The notes beneath the pieces are model-generated. The model had not been told where the DNA came from and ran no database searches. It worked only from the letters and a program-made list of their open reading frames with translations. From an uncultured Actinomycetes bacterium (lineage in GTDB: Bacteria > Actinomycetota > Acidimicrobiia > Spongiisociales > DATADW01), in NCBI GenBank assembly GCA_963824995.1, contig CAWGRK010000007.1, forward strand, positions 62,001-126,000: a DNA stretch of 64,000 nt, written 5' to 3'. The position numbers were made by a program, and so were the translations under genes. Shown piece by piece: positions 21,201 to 32,563 of the stretch (its first letter is position 1; each line of letters starts with the position of its first letter).

Positions 21201-24200
21201 GTGGTGGCGGCGAGCGACTCTTTTGTCCATCTGCATCTCCATACCGAGTTCTCCATGCTCGACGGGGCAGCCCGGGTCGGTCAGGTCGTAGCGGCTGCTG
21301 CTGCCGACCGCCAGCCGGCTGTCGCCATCACCGATCACGGTGTGATGTACGGCGTGGTGGACTTCGTCAAAGCGGCCCGTGAGGAAGGCATCAAGCCGCT
21401 GATCGGGATCGAGGCGTATGTCACTCCGGGGTCGAGGTTCGACCGACCGTCGCGCAACCAGAACATCCGCTACCACATGACGCTGCTGGCGGAGAGCGAG
21501 GTTGGCTACCGCAACCTGATGAAGCTGGCGAGCCGCGCCTACCTCGAGGGCTACTACTACAAGCCGAGGATGGACTCTGAGCTGCTCGCCGAGCACTCGG
21601 AGGGGATCATCGCCACCTCTGGGCTGCCTCGGTGGACCGGTGGCGCAGCACCTCGCACCCGACGCCTCACGCGAGGAGGGCATAGCCGGGGCGGTGCGCG
21701 ACGTCGACGCCGCGGCGGCGGCGGCGGCGCACTACCAGGACATCTTTGGGAAGGACAACTTCTTCATCGAGATCCAGGACCACGGATTGGAGCCACAACG
21801 CCGCATCCTTCCCGACCTGGTGGACATCTCCCGCCGCATCGGTGCACCGCTTCTCGCAGCCAACGACGCCCACTACACGCGCCGGGATGAAGCGGAGACC
21901 CACGACGTGCTGCTCTGCATCCAGACCGGGGCCACCCGCGATGAGCCCAACAGGTTCCGCTTCGACGCCAAAGAGTTCTATCTCAAGTCGGCCGCTGAGA
22001 TGCGGCGCATCTTCCCGACCGATCAGTACCCCGGGGCGTGCGACAACACGCTGCTGGTGGCGGAGAGAGCAACGGTGGACCTCGAGTTCGGCAGGATCCT
22101 GCTGCCGCAGTTCACTGTCCCAGCAGGAAAGACCGAGGCCAGCTACCTCCGCGAGTTGGTGATGGGTGGCGCGGTGCAGCGCTATGGCGACCCGCTGCCA
22201 GAAGAGGTCACCTCGAGGATCGATCACGAGCTCTCGGTCATCGAGGACATGGGCTTTCCCGCCTACTTCTTGATCGTCTGGGACCTGATCAGCCACGCAC
22301 GCGAGAAAGGGATCAGGACCGGGCCGGGCCGGGGTAGCGCCGCCGCCTCGATCGTGTCGTACTGCCTGAGGATCACCGACCTCGACCCACTGCGCTACGG
22401 GCTCGTGTTCGAGCGGTTTCTCAACCCCGGGCGGCGTCAGCTTCCCGACATCGACATGGACTTCGACGAGCGCTACCGGGGCGACGTCATCCGTTACGCC
22501 GCCGAGAAGTACGGGTCGGACCACGTGGCGCAGATCGTCACCTTCTCCACGATCAAGGGAAAACAGGCGCTGCGCGACGCCGCCCGTGTCCTCGGCTACC
22601 CCTACGGCGTTGGAGACCGGGCCGCCAAGCTGATGCCACCGCCGATCCTGGGGCGGGATGCGGCTCTGGGGATGTGCCTCGATGCCCTCCCCGACGACGC
22701 CGACGGGAACACCAAGGACTGGCACGCCAACGCCTCCGGTCTGCGCGAGGCGTACGCCACCGATCCCGACATCCGGAGCGTCGCCGACGTGGCGCGCAAC
22801 CTGGAAGGGCTGAGGCGCCAGGACTCGATCCACGCCGCAGCCGTCGTGATCTCACCGGTCCCACTGACCGAGCACATCCCGATCCAACAGAAGGGTGACG
22901 GCGCAGAGGTCGTGACCCAGTACGAGATGCACGCCATCGAGGACCTCGGTCTGCTCAAGATGGACTTCCTCGGATTGAGGAATCTCTCGATCATGGAGCG
23001 CACCCTCGAGTTGATCGACGCCTCCTCAGCCGCGGACGGCGGGCCGGCGGGTGAGCCGAACGTCGATATCGACAACGTACCTCTCGACGACCCGCCCACC
23101 TTCGAGTTGCTCCGATCCGCCCAGACCATCGGCGTCTTCCAGCTCGAAGGGTCGGCGATGCGCGGGCTGATCCGGAACCTTGCACCGGATCGTTTCGAGG
23201 ATGTCATTGCCTTGGTGGCCCTCTACCGGCCGGGCCCGATGAGGGCCGGGATGCACACTCTCTATGCCGACCGTAAGAACGGCCGGGCGCCGGTCGAGGT
23301 CCTCCACCCCGACATGGCGCCGATCCTGGAGCGCAGCTACGGGATCATGGTGTACCAGGAGCAGGTGCTCCAGGTCGCCCAGGTGATGGCCGGATACTCG
23401 ATGGCGGAGGCGGAGAACCTGCGCCGCGCCATGGGCAAGAAGATCCCGGCGGTGATGCGCGCCGAGGAGGAGAAGTTCGTCGCCGGGTGCACGGCGAGAG
23501 GGCACAGCGAGGCACTCGGCAAGCAACTGTTCGCCCTGATCGAGCACTTCGCCGGTTACGGGTTCAACCTGGCCCACGCCGCCTGTTACGGGCTCATCGC
23601 CTATCAAACGGCGTGGCTCAAGGCGCACTACCCGGCCGAGTACATGGCGGCGATGCTCACCGCCACGAAGAAGGACAAGGAGCGCACCGCGGTGTACCTC
23701 AACGAGTGCCGCGCCATGGGCGTGCAGGTCCTCACCCCCGACGTGAACACCTCGCAGATGGACTTCTCGGTGTACGAGGGTGCGATCCGGTTCGGGCTGT
23801 CTGCCGTGCGCAACGTCGGCGAGGGAGTGGTCGAGCGGATCGTCGATGAGCGGAGCGCTGGCGAACCGTTCGCCCACTTCCAGGACTTCATCGACCGGGT
23901 AGACCCGATGGTCCTCAACAAGCGCACCATCGAGTCGCTGATCAAGGCGGGCGCCTTCGACGGTTTGGGTCACTCGAGACGGTCACTCATCCTCGTCTAC
24001 GAGCAATGGCTCGAGGCGACGTTGGTCCGCCGGCGCAACGAGGAGATGGGCCAGTACACGCTCTTCGGCGGAGGTTCCCAGGAGGTGGAGGAGGTGGTGC
24101 TGGATCTTCCCGAAGGCGAGTGGGACCAGAAGGTCAAGCTCGCCTTCGAGAGGGAGATGCTGGGTCTGTACATCTCCGACCACCCCCTGCTCGGCGTGGC

Positions 24201-24741
24201 GACGTCGCTCCGCCGGGCATCGAGCTCAGGCGTGCCCGAATTGTGGGAGCAGCCCGACGGGGCCTCCGTGACCATCGGGGGGATGGTGGGTGCCATCAAC
24301 CGTCGGTTCACCCGGAACGGTGAGGCGATGCTCTTCTTCCAATGCGAGGACCTGGAGGGTTCTGTCGAGGTGGTGGCCTTCCCGAAGGTTGCTGCCGATG
24401 CCCTCGGTGTCATCCGCGAGGGTGCGATCGTCGTGGTGAGCGGGCGCCTCGACCACCGCGGCGACGACATCAAAGTCGTCGCAAGGGAGATAAAGGAGCT
24501 CGAGGTCCGTGGCGCCGACGAGGTCCGGCTCGAAGTCTCCGCCGCCGCCCTCTCACCGCGGGCGGTGGGGCGTCTCAAGGAGATCCTCGGCAACCACCCC
24601 GGTACATCCCCTGTGTTCCTCCACATGGTGGGCAACGGCAACCACAAGGTGCTCAAGCTGGGCGACGAACACCGCGTCGAACCCCGCAGCGCCCTCTACG
24701 CCGAACTCCGCGAGCTCTTCGGTTCGGGAGCGATTGTCTGA
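21201..24741 (+). CDS. dnaE: DNA polymerase III alpha subunit (extra G near 21622)
   Basis: HLHLHTEFSMLDG PHP domain, GPGRGSAA, PDIDMDF, KMDFLGL and an OB fold; removing the extra G restores SGCLGG. Confidence 0.96.
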
Positions 24742-24782
24742 AGACGGCAGACGGCAGTCGGCGGACGGCAGACGGCGGACGC
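24742..24782. repeat. heptamer tandem repeat (RGACGGC)n
   Basis: agacggc-agacggc-agtcggc-ggacggc-agacggc-ggacgc directly after the dnaE stop. Confidence 0.8.
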
Positions 24783-24927
24783 AGAGGAAGGAGGAAGAGC
24801 CTTCACCCCTCCGTCCCCCGACGAGGAAGCGGCGCCTTTCTTTCCGTCCCAGGGCGGTGGGGAAGGGCCCACTGCGGAGCAGCGGGTAGGGGGGCTGCCT
24901 AACTCCCAACCGTGCTCTAGACGCAGA

Positions 24928-25782
24928 TCAGTCCCGAGCGACTGCCTGTCGCCGGGCGGTGCGTGCCAGGTCTGACTGCTCGGCGAGCAGCGCCACGGTC
25001 TCGGTCAGTGCAGCCACCCGGCCATGCCTCCGGCCCAGGGCGTATGCGATCCCAGCGGCCATCATCGCCCCACCGGTGGCGGTTCCGAGGGCGATGGCGC
25101 GCTTGGTCTTGCGGGCGAAGACGACGATGGGCCATCCGCGGTCGTGGGCTACGTCCTCGAGCGGACTGTCGGGGTTCACTGCCACGGGGTGGCCGACGAG
25201 GTCCATCATCGGCAGGTCGGACGCCGAGTCGCTGTATGCGTAGCTCCGGCTCAGGTCATAGCCGCGGTCGGCCACGAGCTTTTGGATCGCCTCCGCCTTT
25301 CCCTGCCCATAGACGAAGCTGCCATCCAACTCCGAGGTGTAGCGGCCATCAACCACGACCGCCTTGGTGCCGATGCCGCCGGTCATGGCAAGTGCGTGGG
25401 CCAGCGGCTCGATGATGGCTTCGGGCGATGCCGAGACGATCCATGTGTCCCTGCCGGCATCGGCGTGCATTTTGAGGAGGCCGCGCGACTCGGGGCGCAC
25501 CCGGTCCACCAACTTGGGTAGGACCGTCCGGGCGACGGCGTCGAGTTCCTCGACCGACGCCCCCTCCACCTTGGCCAGCAAACGCATCCGGACCTCGTCG
25601 GATCGCTCGTCGGTGGCACCCACTAACCGGAAGGCCAAAGCTTCGGCGGTTGCGCCGACCATCTCCGATACGGGGACGACCCCGGCGCGCCACGCCTCGA
25701 CGGCGAACACGAACACAGACGAGCCGCTGATGAGGGTGCGGTCGAGATCGAAGAAGGCGGCGGCTGCAGCGCGCTCGCTCAC
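24928..25782 (-). CDS. HAD-IB family hydrolase (SerB1-like) with C-terminal hydrophobic segment
   Basis: FFDLDRTL, VSAS, YGQGKA, AYSDSASDLPM and AVNPD motifs. Confidence 0.9.
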   Translation of the reverse strand: MSERAAAAAFFDLDRTLISGSSVFVFAVEAWRAGVVPVSEMVGATAEALAFRLVGATDERSDEVRMRLLAKVEGASVEELDAVARTVLPKLVDRVRPESRGLLKMHADAGRDTWIVSASPEAIIEPLAHALAMTGGIGTKAVVVDGRYTSELDGSFVYGQGKAEAIQKLVADRGYDLSRSYAYSDSASDLPMMDLVGHPVAVNPDSPLEDVAHDRGWPIVVFARKTKRAIALGTATGGAMMAAGIAYALGRRHGRVAALTETVALLAEQSDLARTARRQAVARD

Positions 25783-25840
25783 TCCCTCAGATTACCCGGT
25801 ATGACACCGTCCCCTGCTGGCGGCGCAGACAGTCGCCGGG

Positions 25841-26875
25841 TCACCCGACCCCGAGGTCGGTCAGGGGAAGGCCATCGGCTGCGTCGATGAGCGCTTCGAG
25901 CGAGTCGAGATCGGTCGGTGCGGTTGGCTCCCAAGGCACCGTCGCCAGTGTGGCCCGGTAACGCGAGGCGAACTCGTGGCGGACATCTGCCTGCCGGCGC
26001 GCCTCCGCGCCCGAACGCTCGAGGTTCTCGGCCAGCGCAGTCGTGACGTCGCTCCCCGGGTGTGCATCGGCCCAGTCCACCGGGAGAGCACGGTTGAACA
26101 CGACGGCGGCAGGACGTCCCGCCACGTCGGGGAGTTCGAGGAAGAAGCGGACGGCCTCGCGCATCGGCCCCGGGTCCGACGTGGTGACCACCACTGTCGA
26201 ACTCCGTCGCAGCATCCGCTCGATCTCCTTGGCACGGCGCGACACCCCGTCGTAAGTGGTGCGTAGGTCCATCAGGAACTGAGCCACCCTCTCGAGGAGA
26301 TTCGAGCCGAGGACGCTGTCGGCTACGCGGAGGGCAGGCCGGGCGGCGAGGTCGAAGAAGACCTGCCTTCCGGGCAACCCGGCGCCGGTCAGCCACCGGA
26401 GCAGCCGCCCCCCGATCAGATCGGCCATCTGGGCGGGAGCGGTGAAGAACTCGATCCCCCCCGCCGAGGGGGGTGTGTCCACCACGACGAGATCCCAGAC
26501 CTTCGCCTCCAGGTAGGCCGCCATCTCCTCGGCGGCGGCGTAGGACTGGCTGGCCGGGAAGTGGCCGGTCGCCGCCGTGAAGAACTCGCTTTCGAGGAGG
26601 CGTTGGGCCGCCTCTGGCGTGGCGTGCCGCTCGACGATGGCCCGCCAGGAGGCAGTGGCATCGAGCATCGCCGCCCACAGCCTTGGCTGTTCAGGATGAC
26701 GGATCGGCTCCGACCCGAGCTTCACCTGGCCGAGAGCATCGGCCAACCGGCGCGCCGGGTCCACAGTCACCACCAGGGCTTCGAGCCCGCGGCGCGCAGC
26801 CGTGACGGCAAGACCCGCTGCCAGCGTGGTCTTGCCAACTCCACCACCGCCGGTGACCAGTAGCGCCCTCGTCAT
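25841..26875 (-). CDS. ArsA/Get3-like ATPase
   Basis: GGGGVGKTT, TVDPARRLADALG and VVDTPPS motifs. Confidence 0.88.
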   Translation of the reverse strand: MTRALLVTGGGGVGKTTLAAGLAVTAARRGLEALVVTVDPARRLADALGQVKLGSEPIRHPEQPRLWAAMLDATASWRAIVERHATPEAAQRLLESEFFTAATGHFPASQSYAAAEEMAAYLEAKVWDLVVVDTPPSAGGIEFFTAPAQMADLIGGRLLRWLTGAGLPGRQVFFDLAARPALRVADSVLGSNLLERVAQFLMDLRTTYDGVSRRAKEIERMLRRSSTVVVTTSDPGPMREAVRFFLELPDVAGRPAAVVFNRALPVDWADAHPGSDVTTALAENLERSGAEARRQADVRHEFASRYRATLATVPWEPTAPTDLDSLEALIDAADGLPLTDLGVG

Positions 26876-27730
26876 ACCGACTCCAAGATGTCGGAGAGAC
26901 GGACCGCCACCTCGCCCGGGGTGTTGAGCCCGAATAGGTAGGGAAGACGCGGTCCGGCCGGGAGGTCGTCGAGCCATTCCCGCTGTCCGGCGTAGAGGGC
27001 GCGGTGGAGTTCGGCGGCGTGGCGCACCGGGCCGTCCTCCAATCGGCGGATCGCTGCGGCCGTCACCTCGAGCTTGGGCAGCACCCGATTGACCACAGGC
27101 GGGAGGACGTCGATCACCTGTTGTTCGTCGAGCCAGGCGAGCGCCTCCTTTGTCTCGTTGACACGGCAACTCCTCGGCGAGGCTCACGAGTAGGAGGCCG
27201 CTGCGCTCTGGGTCGCCGAGGATGGCGTCCATCCAGCCGGCCTGCCCCTTGATCCGACCGGTAGGCACAGTTCGGACACCGTCCGGGGTGCGACCAGGTG
27301 CGAGCCGATCTGCCCTGTCGGCGGTGCGTCGGCCACCACGAGGTCCCAGCGCCGCTGCCTGACCTCGTAGAGGACCTTGCCCATGGTGATGACCTCGCGG
27401 ATACCGGGTGCGGTCGATGCAAGGGCGTCGAAGGCGCGCGCCAGCGGGCCGAACCGGGCCACCTTGGGAACACCCATCTGAGCCTGGAGGTACTCGGTGA
27501 GGGCCTTGGCCCGGTCGATCGAGGCGGCGTGGAGCCCGGGTCGTACCTCTATCGGCTCGTACTCGAGCGAGCCGACTCCGAGGTGGGCGGGGAGACCCGG
27601 ACCCGGTGTCATCGCCAGCACGAGGACCTTCTTTCCGGCGCGGCTGCGCCAGGAGAGCGATGGCAGCGCTCACCGCCGATTTCCCCACCCCGCCCTTCCC
27701 GCTCACCACGATCAAGCTGCGTTCGATCAC
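26872..27730 (-). CDS. ArsA/Get3-like ATPase partner (three apparent indels near 27640, 27270 and 27163)
   Basis: SGKGGVGKS, APGIRE...MGK, VADAPPTG and LAEELP motifs spread across shifted frames. Confidence 0.8.
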
Positions 27731-27776
27731 GGGGCGAGGTTATCGGCCGTCAGAGAGACGGCCGCTCCGGCGTTTC

Positions 27777-27809
27777 TTTCCGTCTTCCGCCTTCCGACTT
27801 CCGTCTGCG
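27777..27809. repeat. heptamer tandem repeat (CTTCCGN)n
   Basis: tttccgt-cttccgc-cttccga-cttccgt-ctgcg. Confidence 0.75.
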
Positions 27810-27860
27810 CAGTTAGGGTCGAATCAGCGAGATGAGGACGCCAGATGGCTGAGTTCCCAA

Positions 27861-28079
27861 ATGGCTGAATTCGATGTCGATGCGATGTTGGAGCGCTACC
27901 GGGAGAGGGCTGACGCGGTCAAGGACCGAAACCTGCCACCGGTCGCCGGGGAGGAGAGACGGCGCTTCCTGGAACAGGCGGAGGTCGACTTCATGGATTA
28001 CGGGTTGGTGGCGAGCGCCACATGGGAGGTGGAAGGCGACCATCTGGTCCTCCGCATCCCGCTCCGGCCACAGGGTTGA
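27861..28079 (+). CDS. small hypothetical protein (72 aa)
   Basis: MAEFDVDAMLERYRERADAVKDRNLPPVAGEERRRF...; protein-like composition; fills the gap between divergent and convergent genes. Confidence 0.7.
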   Translation: MAEFDVDAMLERYRERADAVKDRNLPPVAGEERRRFLEQAEVDFMDYGLVASATWEVEGDHLVLRIPLRPQG

Positions 28080-28080
28080 G

Positions 28081-29398
28081 TCAGAGATCCGTCTGGTCGA
28101 TCCCGATCGGAGGCTGGACGATGTAGACGCCCATCGTCCCGTGGCCTTTCACATCGAGTTCCTTGTGGAGCAGACAGGGGAACTGCTCTTCGACCAGTAC
28201 TTTCGTAGCCTCGCTCACCTGGATGGCCCCTGGGACGCCGTGCGACTCCATCCGGCTGGCGATGTTGACCGCGTCACCCCATAGGTCGTAGGAGAACCGC
28301 TGTTTCCCGATCACGCCGGCCACGACGGTTCCGGTATGGATCCCGACGCGCAACGCCAAGGGAAGCGACCGCTTGACCGCTTCTTCGCACCACTTCGAGC
28401 ATCGAGAAGCCAAGCCTTATCGCCCTGACCGCATGGTCCTCGAGCGGCTCGGGAATCCCACCGGCGGCCATGTAGGCGTCGCCCATCGTCTTGATCTTCT
28501 CCAACCCGAGCTCGACGGTGGTGTCGTCGAATTGCGAAAAGACCGAGTCGAGCAGATCGACCACTTCCTCCGGCGGTATCTGCTCGGCCAGAGGCGTGAA
28601 GTTGACCAGGTCGGCGAAGATGACGGTGACCTCGTCGGCCTTGTCGGCGATGACGCCGGGGTTGTCGCGGAGTCTCTGCGCGATCGGGGCGGGCAGGACC
28701 GCGAGAAGAAGACGATCGGACTTCGCCCGCTCCAACTCGATCTCCGCCTTCTGTACGGCGATGGTCCGCTGCTGTGCGAAGACCCGACGCTGGGCGATCT
28801 CGAGGGTGTAGGCACCAACGATCGAGGCCACCACCGCAGCCCCCACCAGGAAGAAGTCGAGCCCGCGGAACTCGGCGAAAGTGTCGATCGCCAGAAATAC
28901 GTACAGCATCAGGTACGGGAGCACGGCGGCGGCGGCGGCAATGAACCGGAGACGGAGAGCCACGAAGGCGAAGAGCGCGGCGAGCATCACCGCGGGCACG
29001 GCGAGCCGTCCGAAATAGAGCGCCTGGTCGGCCAGCAGCAGCAGGGCGATTCCGCTGAGGCTGTTGATCCCGCCCGCCAGCCATTGCTGCTGGTCGAGCG
29101 TCCGGGCGCGGCGGACCACGATCAACCCGATCACGTTGACCAGAACCATCCCACCGCAGATGATCAGAAGGGGTGCCTGCTTGATCGGTGTGTTGACGTC
29201 CACGATCCATGCACCGAACACCCAGAGACCGGTTCCGAGCAGGAACCCGACTATCAGATCGCGAACGTTGGCGGCACCGGCAGCGCGTTGATAGGTGTGT
29301 TCGATGGCGCGGTCGGTGAAGGCCAGCGTCATCCGATTGAGCCCCGGAGGAGCGGTGCCCAGTTCGTCGGGGTCGAGATGTGGGACAGGCGCGGTCAT
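28081..29398 (-). CDS. membrane-bound class III adenylate/guanylate cyclase (indel near 28388)
   Basis: About 6 TM segments, then ADLVNFT, KIKTMGDAYM, RVGIHTG and YDLWGDAVNIASRMES. Confidence 0.9.
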
Positions 29399-29399
29399 G

Positions 29400-31013
29400 T
29401 CACGCCCCGAGAGCGTGCCGGCGCTGCTCGGCGCGTCGTTCCCCTTCGAGTCTCTCCAACTCCACGTCGGAGGTGTCGACATAGCTCATGGCGTCGGCGA
29501 TGAGCTTGTGGCCGGCGACTTCTCCGATGGCGCGGTGCATCTCCAGCGCCACCCCGCGGTAGGCGCGGTGCCCCGCGGGCTGGGAGCGAAGCTCGATCAG
29601 ATGCATCGCCTCGCGGGCGTTCATTTCCATCACGAACCTGATGTTGAAGGCGAGAGGCAGCACGTACTGGGCGACCTCGCCGCCCAGGGTCGACTCGATA
29701 TCACGGTGGATCTCACAAGCACTCTCCATCAACCCACTCCACAGACCCTCCATCCCCGCCTCAAGGATATCGGGTGGTGTGTCGTGGCCAAGCCGGGCTC
29801 CCAGCGGCTGCCACTCGATGGTCATCATCCGATGGCGTTGCAGGTCGCGAAAGGCTCCAAAGTCGCACACCACATCGAACCGATAGACGGCCCGTTCGAA
29901 GGCCCGTCCCGGTTTGTGTCTCCGGTTGCGACGGTCGCCCACGGCTGCCGCCAGGATTCGCGCCCGCTCGTCATCGCTCATGTTGGCGACCGCATCGAGC
30001 AGGTGGTTGTCGGGGAGTCCGCTCCCTGGATAGAGGGCGGCGGCGGCGACCTTGGTCTCGGCGTCCTCGTCCCAATCGACAAGAGTCACGCCCGCACCGG
30101 GTTCGGGATCCGGCCCGCGGAGTCCGGCTGCGATGTCCTCGAGGCGCTTCCTGATGTCTGCCAGGTAGTTGCTCCAGGCCACGCCCCTGTCGGGGACATC
30201 CACCCGCCGTAGGAACGACGGGATCACTCTTCGAAGCTCGACCAGCATGGCGTCGGCGCATTGCCGTACCTCGGCCAATGGGTGGGCGCGCATCCGGACC
30301 AGGGCCATCTCCCATGCCTGCCCGCTGGCGAACACGCCTACGTTTGATGAGGTCGCGGCGGGCAGCACCCCGCGGACCGCATCGAGAGCCTTTGCCCGGA
30401 GCGAGGCGGCCCATGGCCGGGGCGGCTCGCCCTCGGGCAGCGGCAACCGACGCTCGTAATGATCTTTCATCCCGCTCAGCAACTCGCCATAGGTCTCGAA
30501 TAGCGAGGAGGCCCACGAGACGTAGCGTTCCCGGAGAGGGGAGTCCTCGATCTCGGGTGGCACGACGTAGCGGTGGCGATCGCCCAGTCTGATGTCATAC
30601 GAGATGTACCGGGTGCTCTGCTCGAGATACGCAGCAAGCCGGCCCCACTCCAATGCCTTGGTCAGTAGGTTCGAGGCCTGCTCGACGGCGAGGTGGGCTC
30701 CCCCAAGCTGTGCCACCGAGTCGTCGCCGTACTCGATGAAGACGCGTTGGTAGAGCCGCTCCGCCCGGTCGATGTCCAGTCCCGGGTCGTGGTCGCCCAC
30801 CAGCGCCCCGATGCCGGCCTCGGGGTCGGCCACGAACTCGTCGAGGAAGAGCCGGCGCAGCGATTTGGCGCTCCGGCTGTACCGGGCGAAAAGGGCCCCC
30901 TTGACCACCTCGGGCAGGTTCATCAGGGCGAAGACGGGTTGATCGACGTTGGTGAAGAACCGGGACAGAACGGCCACTTCGTCGTCGGTGAACGGCTCGA
31001 CGTAGGCCTGCAC
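29400..31013 (-). CDS. thyX: FAD-dependent thymidylate synthase, long two-domain form
   Basis: ARYSRS, YGDDSVAQL, EQSTRY, RGVLPAAT, RDLQRHR and NAREAMHLIELR motifs; TACGAT 7 nt before the GTG at 31013. Confidence 0.88.
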   Translation of the reverse strand: MQAYVEPFTDDEVAVLSRFFTNVDQPVFALMNLPEVVKGALFARYSRSAKSLRRLFLDEFVADPEAGIGALVGDHDPGLDIDRAERLYQRVFIEYGDDSVAQLGGAHLAVEQASNLLTKALEWGRLAAYLEQSTRYISYDIRLGDRHRYVVPPEIEDSPLRERYVSWASSLFETYGELLSGMKDHYERRLPLPEGEPPRPWAASLRAKALDAVRGVLPAATSSNVGVFASGQAWEMALVRMRAHPLAEVRQCADAMLVELRRVIPSFLRRVDVPDRGVAWSNYLADIRKRLEDIAAGLRGPDPEPGAGVTLVDWDEDAETKVAAAALYPGSGLPDNHLLDAVANMSDDERARILAAAVGDRRNRRHKPGRAFERAVYRFDVVCDFGAFRDLQRHRMMTIEWQPLGARLGHDTPPDILEAGMEGLWSGLMESACEIHRDIESTLGGEVAQYVLPLAFNIRFVMEMNAREAMHLIELRSQPAGHRAYRGVALEMHRAIGEVAGHKLIADAMSYVDTSDVELERLEGERRAEQRRHALGA

Positions 31014-31061
31014 CGGCGGGATCGTACCCATGGGAACCTGGCCCAGGTAGCCTTTCGTTTC

Positions 31062-31346
31062 GTGTCTGTGACTTGGATCCGGGTGCTGATCGGGGTGCTG
31101 CTGCTCGCCATCATGGCGGTCGCGGCCATCCCGCTTCTCGTCCTGATCGACCTCTCAGGTGGTGGCACCGGCTTCGGGATGTGCCCCGATGGGATAGCCG
31201 CCTGCGCCACCGGGCTCACCGCCGGGCCCGAGTTCGGCCTGATCCTGGTCGGCGTCCTCTTCGCCTTGGTGGCTACGGTCCGCATCCTGCTCCGGATGGC
31301 CCGCCGAATGGACCGCCCGCAACGGACGGTGGTTAGCTCCCCTTGA
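31062..31346 (+). CDS. small two-TM hypothetical membrane protein
   Basis: Two hydrophobic helices flanking GGGTGFGMCPDGIAAC; TAGCCT -10 box upstream. Confidence 0.65.
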   Translation: MSVTWIRVLIGVLLLAIMAVAAIPLLVLIDLSGGGTGFGMCPDGIAACATGLTAGPEFGLILVGVLFALVATVRILLRMARRMDRPQRTVVSSP

Positions 31347-31353
31347 GCGACCA

Positions 31354-31387
31354 CCAGTTCCAAGTACCAAGTACTGAGTACTGATTC
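31354..31387. repeat. heptamer tandem repeat (CCAAGTA/CTGAGTA)
   Basis: ccagtt-ccaagta-ccaagta-ctgagta-ctgattc between convergent genes; ctgagta is the reverse complement of the tactcag unit near 12000. Confidence 0.7.
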
Positions 31388-31389
31388 AA

Positions 31390-32328
31390 TCAGTGGGCAG
31401 GGGTGACAGCCTCGGCCTCGATCACCCCCGGCTCCTCTGGCTGGGTCAGGACCAGGAAGATGGCCACCAGGATGATGGCCGCTCCCGCCCACCCCCTCGG
31501 TGTCAGCCTCTCCCCGAGGACAACTGCGGCGGTGGCGGCTGCGAATGCGGGCTCGAGAGCGAGCAGCACCGCGGTCCGGGATGGACCGAGCACGGTCTGC
31601 GCCCAAACCTGGATGAGGAACGCTCCGGCCGAGACCACCAGACCGGTCACGAGCAACGCCACCAGGACCTCGGCGGTAGGGGGTTCGAGCGTCCCGGTCA
31701 CCGCCGCCAGCCCAAAGGCGAGCACAGACGTGACCAGGAGCTGGACTGCGGTGAGCGGAACCACGGGATGACGGGGGGCAATCGCCGACAGAGCCACGAT
31801 GTGACCGGCGAAGGCGATGGCGCACCCGACGGTGAGGAGGTCGCCGGCGGCGAGTGAGAGGCCGTCTCCGACGGTCAACATGGCTAGCCCGACGAAGGCG
31901 AGGAGCACGCCCACCAGTGTCGGGATCCGGAGCAGCGATGGTCTGCCGGCGAACCGGCTCACCGCCGCCGCCAACAACGGGGTGAACACCACGTACAGCC
32001 CTGTGATCAGCCCCGAGTTGGAGGCGCTGGTCCGGGCGAGCCCCTCGGTCTGGAGGGCGAACCCGATGAAGAGGAGGATCCCCAACAAAGACCCGTCGCG
32101 CCATACCGCGGCCGTCCGTGGCAGGGCGAACAGAGCGAGCACCACACCGCCCAAGAGGAAGCGCCAGGCGATGAACGACAACGGCGGGATCACGGTAATG
32201 GCCTCCTTGACCACGACGAAGGTGGCGCCGAAGAGGAAGGCGGCGAGACAGAGCGCCAATGCGGCGATCAGAGTGCGGCGTGATCCCACGGAGCGGGGAG
32301 GGTAGGTGGCTGTCTCGACGCTGCTCAC
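31390..32328 (-). CDS. DMT/EamA family transporter
   Basis: GATFVVVK, LQTEGL, SGLITGLYVVFTP and LEPAFAA motifs; about 10 TM. Confidence 0.9.
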   Translation of the reverse strand: MSSVETATYPPRSVGSRRTLIAALALCLAAFLFGATFVVVKEAITVIPPLSFIAWRFLLGGVVLALFALPRTAAVWRDGSLLGILLFIGFALQTEGLARTSASNSGLITGLYVVFTPLLAAAVSRFAGRPSLLRIPTLVGVLLAFVGLAMLTVGDGLSLAAGDLLTVGCAIAFAGHIVALSAIAPRHPVVPLTAVQLLVTSVLAFGLAAVTGTLEPPTAEVLVALLVTGLVVSAGAFLIQVWAQTVLGPSRTAVLLALEPAFAAATAAVVLGERLTPRGWAGAAIILVAIFLVLTQPEEPGVIEAEAVTPAH

Positions 32329-32563
32329 TCAAAGGCGATGCAGTACCTACTCGCCCATGGGGCCGAGTTCACCCGCCCGGCCCCACGATGTCCTCCAGCC
32401 TTTCCGCCAGAGATTTCCTGAGCCTTCTCGTTAGGTGTTCACCCCTCTCCGGCGCGGCGAGCGTCGAGCGGGAGGGGTTGGACCCGCACAGCGGCCGGGG
32501 GAAGGTCACTCATGAGCCAGAACTCACAACCGCAGCGGCTCTGCCGCTGCTTATCCTCGCCGG

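Noticed and set aside
21201..21890. Split dnaE, programmed frameshift or intein
   Set aside because: A single extra G breaks the conserved SGCLGG; there is no slippery site or intein motif, and the joined length is normal
25841..27730. 629-aa double-ArsA fusion
   Set aside because: A chimera of frames caused by three indels; an ATGA overlap at 26872-26875 shows two genes
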